This document shows, one piece after another, positions 28,337 through 37,614 of a DNA stretch of 64,000 nt (position 1 is the stretch's first letter; every line of letters starts with the position of its first letter). Origin of the DNA: Flavobacteriales bacterium (lineage in GTDB: Bacteria > Bacteroidota > Bacteroidia > Flavobacteriales_C > CBFIFL01); the NCBI GenBank assembly GCA_965661855.1, contig CBFIFL010000005.1:2372-66371 (forward strand). The letters are read 5' to 3'. The notes under the pieces were generated by a model. It ran no database searches, had not been told where the DNA came from, and worked only from the letters and a program-made list of their open reading frames with translations. Position numbers and translations under genes: made by a program.

Positions 28337-29606
28337 AAGGCAGAATATATCGAGCGATGATTCAATCGCGATAGCAGTAAGTGGCGGGGTGGATTCCATG
28401 GCCTTATTATATAGCTGTTCTCAATATTTTAAGAATATAGTAGTACTTCATGTAAACTATCATTTGAGAGATGAGGATAGTGATATGGATGAAAGTCTTG
28501 TAAGGTCCTATTGTGAATCTCTTAAAATTCCATTTAAATGCAAGTCGATAAACATTGAGTCTCAAAATAAATCTATTCAAGAAGAAGCAAGAAACAAGCG
28601 CTATGCTTGGTTTACTGAAGAGGCGAATCGCTTAGAGTTAGAATATATGTTTATAGCACATCATTTAGATGATCAACTGGAAACATTCTTAATGAACCTG
28701 GAAAGAGGGAGCGGTTTAAATGGTTTATCGGGTATGTCTGAGAGAAATGGCTTGTATATCCGTCCTTTTTTGTCTCTACAAAAAGAAGAAATCAAAATGT
28801 TTGCTGCGAAAAATGAAATTCCATTTCGAGAGGATGAAAGTAATACTTCCAACAAATACCTTAGAAATGCATTAAGGAATAAAGTTATTCCAAGTTTGAA
28901 AGTTGAGTTGCCTAATTTGATGAAAGGACTACAAAAGTCTTTAGGTTTAATTGAAGTTTCAAATCAACTAATAGAGAAAAGGGTAAATGATTTTAGAGAG
29001 TCAATACTTGAAACTAAGTCATTGCCTTTTGATAGTCTAAATTATGAAAATGAGGTGGTGCTATCTGCTTTACTTAAAGAATGGGGGCTTCCTCTTTCTG
29101 AATATGAAAAGTTAAAGTTGAGTGTTGCTAATAAACAGATAGGAAGTGTCTACCAATTAAATCAAGGTGAAGTATTGGTGGATAGACTTAGCTTGAAATT
29201 TCGTTTTAAAACGAGTGATATTGATGCGTTAGAAATAGTTAGTGAGGACTGTGTTGTTGATTTACCTCATGCTGAACTTGAGTTTAGAAAGGTTGAAAGG
29301 TCAGCGGTTGATTTTGCAAGTGGAGCTGAGTATATCAATGGAGATCATTTAAAGTTTCCTCTTCAATTAAGGAAGTGGAAAACAGGAGATAGATTTCAGC
29401 CTTTGGGAATGAAAGGGATGAAAAAGGTAAGTGACTTTTTAATAGACATGAAAGTGGACCGATTCGAAAAAGACAATGTATGGGTCTTAACGTCGGAAGA
29501 AAAAATAGTTAATGTTTTATCCTATCGACTTGATGAACGATTCAAAATTGAAAAAGATAGTAATTGTGTCTATCTTGTGCATGTGAAAACAAAGAATAAT
29601 GACTGA
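28308..29606 (+). CDS. tilS: tRNA(Ile)-lysidine synthase
   Basis: PP-loop IAVSGGVDSMAL, AHHLDDQLETFLMNL, and a C-terminal TilS substrate-binding-like region. Confidence 0.88.
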   Translation: MLEELRACCKRQNISSDDSIAIAVSGGVDSMALLYSCSQYFKNIVVLHVNYHLRDEDSDMDESLVRSYCESLKIPFKCKSINIESQNKSIQEEARNKRYAWFTEEANRLELEYMFIAHHLDDQLETFLMNLERGSGLNGLSGMSERNGLYIRPFLSLQKEEIKMFAAKNEIPFREDESNTSNKYLRNALRNKVIPSLKVELPNLMKGLQKSLGLIEVSNQLIEKRVNDFRESILETKSLPFDSLNYENEVVLSALLKEWGLPLSEYEKLKLSVANKQIGSVYQLNQGEVLVDRLSLKFRFKTSDIDALEIVSEDCVVDLPHAELEFRKVERSAVDFASGAEYINGDHLKFPLQLRKWKTGDRFQPLGMKGMKKVSDFLIDMKVDRFEKDNVWVLTSEEKIVNVLSYRLDERFKIEKDSNCVYLVHVKTKNND

Positions 29607-30090
29607 TACAGTTAAAAGCGCATTTTTTGAGGAAAAGCAATATTTAGGTTACAACAAGTTTAACTTAAGTATTAGAAGTACGGTAGCAGTGTTTTGTTTT
29701 CTGTCTGCTTTTTATGCCGATCCAAACGATCCGAATGCGGAGTTATTTTTAGTGATTGGAGTTTTAATAATGGTATTGAGTATAGCTTTAATTTTTGTTT
29801 TACATCTGCACACCAGATTGGAGAATAATAGTCTAGAGATTTCAGGTTTTTGGAATTCAAGGAAGGTTAAAGTTGATTTAGAAAATATCGTGGCATGTGA
29901 AAAAGCCAGATATTCTAAATTTTTGCTAAATAGACCAGTTTATAATCTGCATTTGAAAGGCAAGGTTCGTTTTTTTACTAGAGGAAACGATGCTGTTAGA
30001 TTAACAGATAAAGATGGTTTAATTTATGTAATTGGCTCACAGAGAGCGGAAGAACTTTCTTTAATAATTAATAAGGAAATAAATCAATAA
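29599..30090 (+). CDS. Hypothetical membrane protein (two TM helices plus a small soluble domain, possibly bacterial PH-like)
   Basis: ORF overlaps the tilS stop by 8 nt. Hydrophobic segments VAVFCFLSAFY and LFLVIGVLIMVLSIALIFVL. No recognisable catalytic motif. Confidence 0.45.
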   Translation: MTDTVKSAFFEEKQYLGYNKFNLSIRSTVAVFCFLSAFYADPNDPNAELFLVIGVLIMVLSIALIFVLHLHTRLENNSLEISGFWNSRKVKVDLENIVACEKARYSKFLLNRPVYNLHLKGKVRFFTRGNDAVRLTDKDGLIYVIGSQRAEELSLIINKEINQ

Positions 30091-30144
30091 ATATTTGAAA
30101 CCTTTTAGCATCTTTGCTAGTTATTAGGTCAAAATTGAGGGATT

Positions 30145-30447
30145 ATGGCGAAAGATATTCAGAATAAAAAAATAACTCCAGAAGTCATCAAAAAGGAGGA
30201 TATTCCAAACCTATCATTCTCAGGAATTGATGTGTTGGATGATATGAAAGATAAATTACAAAGAGAGATAGATCTAAAAAGAGCTACGACTTTGAGTAAT
30301 ACTGATAAAACAAAAGTGAAGATTTACTTTAGAGCAAATCAAGGTTTATACAGAGTTCATACAACAATTTGGGCGACGACGGAGAGTAATATTACTTTAA
30401 AAGGTGGAGTAATTATCCCGATTTCGGCTGTTATTAGAGTTGTCTAA
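30145..30447 (+). CDS. Hypothetical 100-aa protein
   Basis: Clean ORF with an ATG start that ends 2 nt before the yhhQ-like gene. I recognise no motif. Confidence 0.4.
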   Translation: MAKDIQNKKITPEVIKKEDIPNLSFSGIDVLDDMKDKLQREIDLKRATTLSNTDKTKVKIYFRANQGLYRVHTTIWATTESNITLKGGVIIPISAVIRVV

Positions 30448-30449
30448 AC

Positions 30450-31130
30450 TTGATTAAACAACAAAAAGAAAAAGCTTTAGGCTTATACATAATACTGTTA
30501 GCGATGTTTATAACATCGCTAATTGTGTGTAATATGATTACTACTAAGTTCATTGAGGTGGACTTGTATTTTAAAACATTCATCCTTCCTGCAGGGATTC
30601 TTCCATATCCGATTACCTTTCTTGTAACGGATTTATTAAGTGAAATTTACGGTAGACGAAAAGCTAATCTGGCTGTATTGTCTGGATTTGTAGCGTTAGC
30701 TTTCACGATACTCATAGTTTTTTTAGGACAACAGTTTAATGCGATTGAAGATTCAATTGTATCAGATGAGGTTTATAATATGGTATTCGGTAACTCTACC
30801 AGAGCTATCGTTGCTTCTATGATAGCATATCTAGTTGCTCAATTTGTTGATGTGAGATTGTATCATTTTTGGAAGAAGCTAACAAATGGTAAGCATCTTT
30901 GGTTAAGGAATAACGCATCAACGATTCTTTCTCAGTTGTTAGACTCTGTATTGGTTATAACGGTTTTGTTTTATGGTGACAAAGATTTTTCCGTTCTTAG
31001 CGTATGGATTTTGAACGCATGGCTTTTTAAGGTCATTTGTGCGCTATTTGACACTCCAATTCTTTATGCCTTGGTATATTGGTTGAGAAATGTTTTTTCC
31101 ATCAAGGAGAATGAGGAGTTAGAATTGTAA
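30450..31130 (+). CDS. yhhQ: Queuosine-precursor transporter (YhhQ/DUF165 family)
   Basis: Polytopic 226 aa with ...AIVASMIAYLVAQFVDVRLYHFWKKLT...LWLRNNASTILSQLLDSVL.... TTG start as in the ORF track (an ATG alternative lies 18 codons in). Confidence 0.75.
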   Translation: MIKQQKEKALGLYIILLAMFITSLIVCNMITTKFIEVDLYFKTFILPAGILPYPITFLVTDLLSEIYGRRKANLAVLSGFVALAFTILIVFLGQQFNAIEDSIVSDEVYNMVFGNSTRAIVASMIAYLVAQFVDVRLYHFWKKLTNGKHLWLRNNASTILSQLLDSVLVITVLFYGDKDFSVLSVWILNAWLFKVICALFDTPILYALVYWLRNVFSIKENEELEL

Positions 31131-31140
31131 TTTTATTACT

Positions 31141-33195
31141 ATGAAGTTTATATTATCGATAATTGCTGTATTGTTTAGTGGTTTTGTATTTGGTCAAATT
31201 TTAGATCCAGTTAAATGGTCTTATGATTATACGGAACTGGAAGAGAATAAATATGAAGTAAGTTTTACTGCTAAAATTCAAGATGGATGGTGGATATATG
31301 GTCAAGACGTTTCTGTTGGACCTGTCCCTACAGATTTCTTCTTTGATAAATCGGAAGACTTTAGCAAAGTTGGAGAACTAATAATACCAACACCTAAGAA
31401 TAAGTATGACAAAAACTTTGAAGCAGATATCACATATTATAAGCATGAAGTAACTTTTAAGCAAGTTGTACATTCAGAAAAAGTTGACTTTGCTGTTAAA
31501 GGAGAGCTTCAGTTTATGTCATGTGACACAACTCAATGTTTACCTCCTGCGTTTATTCCATTTGAAGTTTTGATAGGGAATGCTTCAGGATCGGTAAAAA
31601 AAAATGATGATTTAAATCAATCTGAACAAGTAAAAGTTTCTAAAAACGGGGAGTCAAGATTTTGTTGGTCTTGTAAAGAGAACCCTGAAGTTAAAACATT
31701 TGAGGGTGCTTCGATAGATAAAGGAGATGAGACAGAAGGATTGTTTAGTTTCTGGTTTGTAGCGTTTTTATACGGGCTTGGAGCATTGTTAACTCCATGT
31801 GTATTTCCAATGATACCAATGACAGTATCATTCTTTATGAAGGATGCAGGAGGAAAAAAATCGAAAGGAATTAGAAATGGATTGATTTTTGGGATATCGG
31901 TTATCCTTATTTATTGTTTGGTAGGTACTTTGTTTAGTTGGGCTTTTGGTGCTGACGCGGCTAATTTGATAGCGACTCATTGGATTCCAAATACAATTTT
32001 CTTTGCCATATTTATTGTCTTTGCTATTTCATTTTTTGGTGCTTTCGAGATGAGGTTACCAGCATCTTTTATTAGTAAAGTTGATGCTAAAGCTGATAAG
32101 GGAGGTTTGATTGGTGTCTTTTTTATGGCTTTTACATTAGTGATAGTTTCATTTTCTTGCACCGGTCCATTAATAGGATCTGTTTTAGTGCAATCAGCTC
32201 AAGGAGTATCTTTAAAGCCATTAATCGGTATGTTTGGTTTTTCAGCAGCGTTTGCATTGCCGTTTACAATATTTGCGATTTTCCCAGGTCTTATGAATAA
32301 CCTTCCTAAATCTGGTGGATGGTTGAATTCTGTTAAAGTAGTTTTTGGTTTTTTAGAGCTAGCATTAGGTTTGAAATTTTTAAGTATTGCAGATCAAACA
32401 GAACACTGGGGATTGTTAGATCGTGATGTATACGTTGCTTTATGGATTGTAATTTTCTTCTTAATGGGAGTGTACTTACTAGGAAAATTAAAGTTTTCTC
32501 ATGATTCAGACCTTCCTTATTTAAAAGTACCAAGACTATTGTTTGCAGTGGCAACGTTTACGTTTGTGGTTTATCTTATTCCAGGTATGTGGGGAGCACC
32601 TTTAAAGGCGCTAAGCGGTTATTTACCTCCAATGAGCTCACATGACTTTAATATCGTAGGAATGCTTCGAGGTGAAGCAGAAGTAGAAGTTTGTGAAGAT
32701 CCAAAGTTTGGAGATCAACTTCATCTTCCTCATGGCTTAAAGGGATATTTTGAATACGAGCAGGGTATGGAATGTGCAGCAGAATTGAATAAGCCGGTAT
32801 TCTTCGATTTTACAGGACATGGTTGTGTTAACTGTAGAGAGATGGAAGCTAATGTTTGGTCAGATCCTGAAATTTTGAAATTGTTACAAGAGGAGTTTGT
32901 TATAGTTGCTTTATATGTGGATGATCACAAAATTAAACTGGAAGAAAGCGAAAGGTTTGTTGCTAAGTTTGATAACAAAAAGACAGTTAAAACAATTGGT
33001 GATAAAAATGCAGATATAGAGAAAACATTTTTCACAAAGAATAGTCAACCATATTATTGTTTAATGGATGAAAATGAGGAGCTACTTAACATACCTATAG
33101 ATTATGCAGAAGGACAAGATGTAACTGTGTTTAAAGAGTTTTTGTTAAAAGGTATCGCTAAGTATAAAGAAAGACAGGTTCAAGGACTGTATTAA
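31141..33195 (+). CDS. dsbD: Thiol:disulfide interchange protein DsbD-like (N-terminal domain + cytochrome-c-biogenesis TM core + thioredoxin domain)
   Basis: N-terminal FMSCDTTQCLPP, TM-core Cys residues (LTPCVFPMIP, SFSCTGP), and a C-terminal thioredoxin CVNC. Confidence 0.85.
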   Translation: MKFILSIIAVLFSGFVFGQILDPVKWSYDYTELEENKYEVSFTAKIQDGWWIYGQDVSVGPVPTDFFFDKSEDFSKVGELIIPTPKNKYDKNFEADITYYKHEVTFKQVVHSEKVDFAVKGELQFMSCDTTQCLPPAFIPFEVLIGNASGSVKKNDDLNQSEQVKVSKNGESRFCWSCKENPEVKTFEGASIDKGDETEGLFSFWFVAFLYGLGALLTPCVFPMIPMTVSFFMKDAGGKKSKGIRNGLIFGISVILIYCLVGTLFSWAFGADAANLIATHWIPNTIFFAIFIVFAISFFGAFEMRLPASFISKVDAKADKGGLIGVFFMAFTLVIVSFSCTGPLIGSVLVQSAQGVSLKPLIGMFGFSAAFALPFTIFAIFPGLMNNLPKSGGWLNSVKVVFGFLELALGLKFLSIADQTEHWGLLDRDVYVALWIVIFFLMGVYLLGKLKFSHDSDLPYLKVPRLLFAVATFTFVVYLIPGMWGAPLKALSGYLPPMSSHDFNIVGMLRGEAEVEVCEDPKFGDQLHLPHGLKGYFEYEQGMECAAELNKPVFFDFTGHGCVNCREMEANVWSDPEILKLLQEEFVIVALYVDDHKIKLEESERFVAKFDNKKTVKTIGDKNADIEKTFFTKNSQPYYCLMDENEELLNIPIDYAEGQDVTVFKEFLLKGIAKYKERQVQGLY

Positions 33196-33220
33196 ACGAT
33201 GATTTACTATCTTACTATAG

Positions 33221-34087
33221 ATGGTAGAAAAGTTCCTGACATACTTAGAAGTTGAAAAGCGATATTCAGAGCATACGATTAAAGCTTATTCAGGGGACTT
33301 AAATACATTTAAAGATTTTCTATTTAAGGAGTATGAAGTCGAATCATTAGATGCTTTAACTCACAACATGATTCGAACCTGGTTGGTGTTCTTGATGGAG
33401 AAAGGATTAAAGCCAAGAAGCATTCATCGAAAGATTTCTGCAATCAAATCACTAATTAATTACGAATTAAGGTCTGGTAAAATGAAGGTTTCTCCCATTG
33501 AAGGACTTTCCTTACCGAAAATTTCTAAAAACTTACCCGTTTTCATTGAAGAGAGTAAGCTTCATTTATTAATGGACGGGAATTACTTTTCAAAGGATGA
33601 AAAAGGTTGTCGAGATAAATTGATCTTAGAGCTGTTTTACTCAACAGGTATTCGCCAATCCGAGTTAATTAATCTTAAAGTACTTGATATTGATTTTAAA
33701 TTATGTCAACTTAAAGTATTGGGAAAGAGAGATAAAGAAAGAATAATACCATTTCCTTCGAATTTACTTGAAACCATTAAAGATTATCTGTCGTATTCTG
33801 AAGCACAAAGAGGTTATTTGTTTTTAAATGAAAATGAGGAGAAGTTGTACCCCCAGAAAGTATATACAATAGTTAAGGAGTATTTAACGAAGGTGTCATC
33901 TCAGGTAAAAAAAAGTCCTCACGTACTAAGACATTCTTATGCTACGCATTTGTTGAATAGGGGGGCTGATTTGAGGGCAGTACAAGAGCTTTTAGGACAT
34001 GAGAGTTTAACAACAACACAGGTGTACACACATAACACCATTGAGAAATTGAAAAATATTTATAAACAAGCTCACCCTAGAGCATAA
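33221..34087 (+). CDS. Tyrosine recombinase, XerC/XerD-like
   Basis: SAM-like N-terminal domain (YLEVEKRYSEHTIKAYSGDL) and catalytic residues in context: GIRQSEL, HVLRHSYATHLL, LGHESLTTTQVYTH. Confidence 0.85.
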   Translation: MVEKFLTYLEVEKRYSEHTIKAYSGDLNTFKDFLFKEYEVESLDALTHNMIRTWLVFLMEKGLKPRSIHRKISAIKSLINYELRSGKMKVSPIEGLSLPKISKNLPVFIEESKLHLLMDGNYFSKDEKGCRDKLILELFYSTGIRQSELINLKVLDIDFKLCQLKVLGKRDKERIIPFPSNLLETIKDYLSYSEAQRGYLFLNENEEKLYPQKVYTIVKEYLTKVSSQVKKSPHVLRHSYATHLLNRGADLRAVQELLGHESLTTTQVYTHNTIEKLKNIYKQAHPRA

Positions 34088-34098
34088 AAAGATAGATT

Positions 34099-34392
34099 AT
34101 GAAAGTGAAAGTAAACGCAATCCATTTTGCAGCAGATCAAAAGTTGGAAGATTTCATTCAGAAGAAAGTAGATAAATTAGTAGCATATAACGATAGTATA
34201 ATTGAAGGAGAAGTGTTCTTAAGGTTAGATAAGTCAGATTCAGATGATAATAAGGTTACAGAAATGAAGTTAAGAGTACCTGGAAAGGAGCTTTTCGCCA
34301 AAAAACAAAGTAAATCATTTGAACAAGCTACTGATGAAGTGGTAGAAGCATTAAGAAGACAATTAAAAAAATACAAAGAGAAAAATTCGTAA
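34099..34392 (+). CDS. hpf: Ribosome hibernation-promoting factor (short HPF/RaiA)
   Basis: 97 aa, MKVKVNAIHFAADQKLEDFIQKKVDKL...; typical sigma-54-modulation/S30EA fold pattern. Confidence 0.85.
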   Translation: MKVKVNAIHFAADQKLEDFIQKKVDKLVAYNDSIIEGEVFLRLDKSDSDDNKVTEMKLRVPGKELFAKKQSKSFEQATDEVVEALRRQLKKYKEKNS

Positions 34393-34420
34393 TTGATTGA
34401 TATTCAATCGATAAATAAAG

Positions 34421-34449
34421 TGACTCCAGCTTAGGGGTCATTTTTTTTT
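34421..34449 (+). terminator. Rho-independent terminator after hpf
   Basis: Stem TGACTCC/GGGGTCA (7 bp, one G-U), loop AGCTTA, followed by T9. Confidence 0.75.
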
Positions 34450-34467
34450 GAAAAAAGTTCATTTTTA

Positions 34468-34500
34468 TTTGGAAGTCAATAGAAAGTTTTGGTACATTTG
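34468..34500 (+). promoter_or_regulatory. Candidate Bacteroidota promoter (-33 TTTG / -7 TACATTTG) for the tRNA-tuf operon
   Basis: TTTG at 34468-34471 and TACATTTG at 34493-34500, separated by a 21-nt spacer. It sits ~35 nt upstream of the first tRNA. Confidence 0.45.
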
Positions 34501-34534
34501 CATCCCCGAAAGGGAGTAAGTTCTTTGATAGCGT

Positions 34535-34608
34535 GCCGATGTAGCTCAGTTGGCCAGAGCAGCTGATTTGTAATCAGCGGGTCGGGGGTTCGAATCCCTC
34601 CATCGGCT
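34535..34608 (+). tRNA. tRNA-Thr (anticodon TGT)
   Basis: Acceptor GCCGATG/CATCGGC, anticodon stem GCTGA/TCAGC with loop TTTGTAA, T-loop GGTTCGAATCC. 74 nt. Confidence 0.92.
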
Positions 34609-34626
34609 CATAGAATTTTAAATGTT

Positions 34627-34708
34627 GGGGAGATACTCAAGCGGTCAACGAGGGCAGACTGTAAATCTGCTGGCCACGCCTTCGTAGGTTCGAATCCTGC
34701 TCTCCCCA
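34627..34708 (+). tRNA. tRNA-Tyr (anticodon GTA)
   Basis: Acceptor GGGGAGA/TCTCCCC, anticodon stem GCAGA/TCTGC with loop CTGTAAA, long variable arm. 82 nt. Confidence 0.92.
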
Positions 34709-34728
34709 CAAAGAAATTAAAATTATTA

Positions 34729-34801
34729 GCGGGAATAGCTCAGTTGGTAGAGCATCAGCCTTCCAAGCTGAGGGTCGCCGGTTCGAACCCGGTTTCCCGC
34801 T
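34729..34801 (+). tRNA. tRNA-Gly (anticodon TCC)
   Basis: Acceptor GCGGGAA/TTCCCGC, anticodon stem TCAGC/GCTGA with loop CTTCCAA. 73 nt. Confidence 0.92.
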
Positions 34802-34824
34802 CTATTTTTTTATCAGAGGCTTTT

Positions 34825-34896
34825 GCCGAAGTAGCTCAGGGGTAGAGCGTTTCCTTGGTAAGGAAGAGGTCGTGGGTTCAATTCCCATCTTTGGCT
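34825..34896 (+). tRNA. tRNA-Thr (anticodon GGT)
   Basis: Acceptor GCCGAAG/CTTTGGC, anticodon stem TTTCC/GGAAG with loop TTGGTAA. 72 nt. Confidence 0.9.
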
Positions 34897-34950
34897 CGCT
34901 TAAAGGTGAAATTTATTATTTGTTTATTATAATCGAAAATTTACAAGATC

Positions 34951-36138
34951 ATGGCTAAGGAAACTTTTGATCGTTCGAAACCACACGTTAATATTGGAAC
35001 TATTGGTCACGTAGATCATGGTAAGACAACTTTAACAGCAGCTATCACAGCAGTGTTAGCTACAGATGGTTTAGCAGCAGCTCAAGACTTTGACAAAATT
35101 GATAACGCTCCAGAAGAAAAGGAGAGAGGTATCACAATTAACTCGTCTCACGTAGAGTACGAAACAGAAAACAGACACTACGCTCACGTTGATTGTCCAG
35201 GACACGCCGATTATGTTAAGAACATGGTTACTGGTGCTGCTCAAATGGATGGTGCAATTTTAGTTGTAGCTGCTACTGATGGACCAATGCCTCAAACAAG
35301 AGAGCATATTCTTTTAGGAAGACAGGTTGGTATTCCAAGAATTGTTCCTTTCTTGAACAAGGTGGATATGGTTGATGATGAGGAGTTGCTAGAGTTAGTA
35401 GAGATGGAAGTAAGAGAATTACTTTCTTTCTATGAGTATGATGGTGACAACGTTCCTGTGGTAATGGGATCTGCTTTAGGTGCCTTAAACGGTGATGACA
35501 AGTGGGTTGCTACTGTAAAGGAATTAATGGCAGCTGTTGATGATTATATCGAATTACCAAAAAGAGATGTAGATAAGGACTTCTTAATGCCAGTAGAGGA
35601 TGTGTTCTCTATTACAGGTAGAGGTACTGTTGCAACTGGTAGAATCGAAACTGGAGTAATTAACTCTGGAGAAGAGGTTGATATCATCGGAATGGGTGAT
35701 GAGAAATTATCTTCTACAGTTACTGGAGTTGAGATGTTCAGAAAGATCTTAGATAGAGGTGAAGCTGGAGATAACGTAGGATTACTTTTAAGAGGTATCG
35801 AGAAAAGCGATATCAGTAGAGGTATGGTTATCGCTAAGCCAGGTTCTATTACTCCTCATAAAGAGGTTAAGGCTGAGGTTTATGTATTGAAGAAAGAAGA
35901 AGGTGGTAGACACACTCCTTTCCACAACAAGTACAGACCACAGTTCTACTTAAGAACTACTGATGTTACTGGTGAGATTTATCTTGAAGAAGGTAGAGAA
36001 ATGGTAATGCCAGGTGATAATGTTACTATTACTGTTAAATTAATCGTTCCTGTTGCTGTAAACGTAGGTTTAAGATTCGCAATTAGAGAAGGTGGTAGAA
36101 CAGTAGGTGCTGGACAAATTACTGAGATTATTGAGTAA
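34951..36138 (+). CDS. tuf: Elongation factor Tu
   Basis: 395 aa with [18 protein letters not shown] and NKVD motifs; unmistakable EF-Tu sequence throughout. Confidence 0.99.
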   Translation: MAKETFDRSKPHVNIGTIGHVDHGKTTLTAAITAVLATDGLAAAQDFDKIDNAPEEKERGITINSSHVEYETENRHYAHVDCPGHADYVKNMVTGAAQMDGAILVVAATDGPMPQTREHILLGRQVGIPRIVPFLNKVDMVDDEELLELVEMEVRELLSFYEYDGDNVPVVMGSALGALNGDDKWVATVKELMAAVDDYIELPKRDVDKDFLMPVEDVFSITGRGTVATGRIETGVINSGEEVDIIGMGDEKLSSTVTGVEMFRKILDRGEAGDNVGLLLRGIEKSDISRGMVIAKPGSITPHKEVKAEVYVLKKEEGGRHTPFHNKYRPQFYLRTTDVTGEIYLEEGREMVMPGDNVTITVKLIVPVAVNVGLRFAIREGGRTVGAGQITEIIE

Positions 36139-36162
36139 TCAATTCAGATACTAGATATTGAT

Positions 36163-36189
36163 AAGGTGCTCCCGATAAGGAGCACCTTT
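36163..36189 (+). terminator. Stem-loop after tuf (possible partial terminator or processing site)
   Basis: Perfect 10-bp stem AAGGTGCTCC/GGAGCACCTT with loop CGATAA. Only a weak T tract (TTTC) follows, so read-through to tRNA-Trp/secE is plausible. Confidence 0.5.
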
Positions 36190-36215
36190 CATAGCTATAA
36201 GAAGTAGCTTTTTTT

Positions 36216-36288
36216 ACGGGCGTAGTTCAATTGGTAGAATGACGGTCTCCAAAACCGTTGGTTGTAGGTTCGAGCCCTACCGCCCGTG
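36216..36288 (+). tRNA. tRNA-Trp (anticodon CCA)
   Basis: Acceptor ACGGGCG/CGCCCGT, anticodon loop CTCCAAA, T arm GTAGG-TTCGAGC-CCTAC. 73 nt. Confidence 0.9.
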
Positions 36289-36304
36289 CAAATTAAATAT
36301 AAGG

Positions 36305-36493
36305 ATGGCAAATATTACGGCTTACGTTAAAGATGTAGTTGACGAGTTGGTAAACAAGGTAACTTGGCCAACAAGAAAAGAATTACAAGAGAGTGCATTA
36401 CTAGTAATAGTAGCGTCTTTCCTTTTTGCATTGTTAATCTACCTAATGGATGGTGGATTCAATACAATCATGGATTTAGTTTACGGTAAGTAG
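36305..36493 (+). CDS. secE: Preprotein translocase subunit SecE
   Basis: Start moved to the ATG at 36305 (MANITAYVKDVVDELVNKVTWPTRKEL...), because the ORF-track N-terminus overlaps tRNA-Trp. Single C-terminal TM helix, 62 aa, located upstream of nusG. Confidence 0.88.
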   Translation: MANITAYVKDVVDELVNKVTWPTRKELQESALLVIVASFLFALLIYLMDGGFNTIMDLVYGK

Positions 36494-36516
36494 TTATTCT
36501 TATAAAAGGCAAGAGA

Positions 36517-37083
36517 ATGAGTGTTTCGCAAGGAAAGGATGAAATAGTGAAGAAATGGTACGTTGTTAGAGCCATTTCTGGAAAAGAGAATAAAGTTAAG
36601 GGATACATTGAAAGTGAAATTTCAGCGATGAAAGCTGAGAAGTTTGTTTCACAAGTATTAATCCCTACTGAAAAGGTTGTTCAAATTAGAAACGGTAAAA
36701 AGGTTAGAAAAGAAAGAAATTTCTTCCCTGGATATATTCTTATAGAAGCAGCTTTGATTGGAGAAATTCCTCATGCTATTAAAAGTATTACGGGTGTTAT
36801 TGGTTTTCTAGGTGATAAACAAGGAAATCCAGTTCCATTAAGACAATCAGAAGTTAATAGAATCTTAGGTACAGTTGATGAGTTGACTGAAGCTGAAGAT
36901 GACATGACAATACCTTATGTGGTTGGAGAGTCAGTTAAAGTAACAGATGGTCCATTCAAAAGTTTTTCTGGAGTTATTGAGGAAATCAATGAGGAGAAGA
37001 AAAAGCTTAAGGTTATCGTAAAGATTTTTGGTAGAAAGACTCCTGTGGAGTTAGGATACTTAGAAGTAGAGAAGGAAAGTTAA
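36517..37083 (+). CDS. nusG: Transcription termination/antitermination factor NusG
   Basis: NGN domain (KWYVVRAISGKENKV...FPGYILIE) plus a KOW domain (GESVKVTDGPFKSFSGVIEEI). Confidence 0.95.
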   Translation: MSVSQGKDEIVKKWYVVRAISGKENKVKGYIESEISAMKAEKFVSQVLIPTEKVVQIRNGKKVRKERNFFPGYILIEAALIGEIPHAIKSITGVIGFLGDKQGNPVPLRQSEVNRILGTVDELTEAEDDMTIPYVVGESVKVTDGPFKSFSGVIEEINEEKKKLKVIVKIFGRKTPVELGYLEVEKES

Positions 37084-37158
37084 ATATTGGATGTGAGCTC
37101 TCCACATTGACATAGCTTCCAATTATGTCAGGAGAAACATAAATATAAATTAGAAACA

Positions 37159-37602
37159 ATGGCAAAAGAAGTTGCAGGATTAATCAAATTGCAAATAAAA
37201 GGAGGAGCAGCGAATCCTTCACCACCAGTAGGGCCTGCATTAGGTGCGAAAGGGGTGAATATCATGGAGTTCTGTAAGCAGTTTAATGCGAGAACTCAGG
37301 AGAAAGCTGGGAAAGTCCTTCCTGTTGTAATTACGGTATATTCTGATAAGTCTTTCGAATTTGTTGTTAAAACTCCACCGGCTGCAGTTCAGTTAAAAGA
37401 TGCTGCGAAGGTGAAATCTGGTTCCGCTGAATCTAACCGTAAGAAAGTTGGAAAAGTAACATGGGATCAGGTAAGATCGATTGCTGAAGACAAAATCCAA
37501 GACATGAACTGTTTCACAGTTGAATCAGGGATGAAAATGGTAGCTGGAACAGCAAGAAGTTTAGGATTAACAATAGAAGGAGACAATCCTTTTGAAAATT
37601 AA
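37159..37602 (+). CDS. rplK: 50S ribosomal protein L11
   Basis: [35 protein letters not shown] is the canonical L11 N-terminus. Confidence 0.98.
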   Translation: MAKEVAGLIKLQIKGGAANPSPPVGPALGAKGVNIMEFCKQFNARTQEKAGKVLPVVITVYSDKSFEFVVKTPPAAVQLKDAAKVKSGSAESNRKKVGKVTWDQVRSIAEDKIQDMNCFTVESGMKMVAGTARSLGLTIEGDNPFEN

Positions 37603-37614
37603 ATCTATCAAGAG

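Noticed and set aside
33221-34896. Tyrosine recombinase next to four tRNA genes as a sign of an integrated mobile element
   Set aside because: The recombinase has XerC/XerD-type N- and C-terminal motifs. It sits in the recombinase-hpf-tRNA-tuf arrangement that I recall as conserved core synteny in Bacteroidota. I saw no direct repeats of a tRNA 3' end, no cargo genes and no compositional break.
36239-36304. N-terminal extension of the secE ORF (MTVSKTVGCRFEPYRPCKLNIR)
   Set aside because: This stretch is the 3' half of tRNA-Trp (36216-36288) read as protein. The real SecE start is the ATG at 36305.
37084-37158. Possible L1-binding autoregulatory leader upstream of rplK
   Set aside because: Only a short 5-6 bp hairpin (ATGTG...CACAT) is visible. 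I cannot match it to the L1 stalk mimic by eye, so there is too little evidence to call it.
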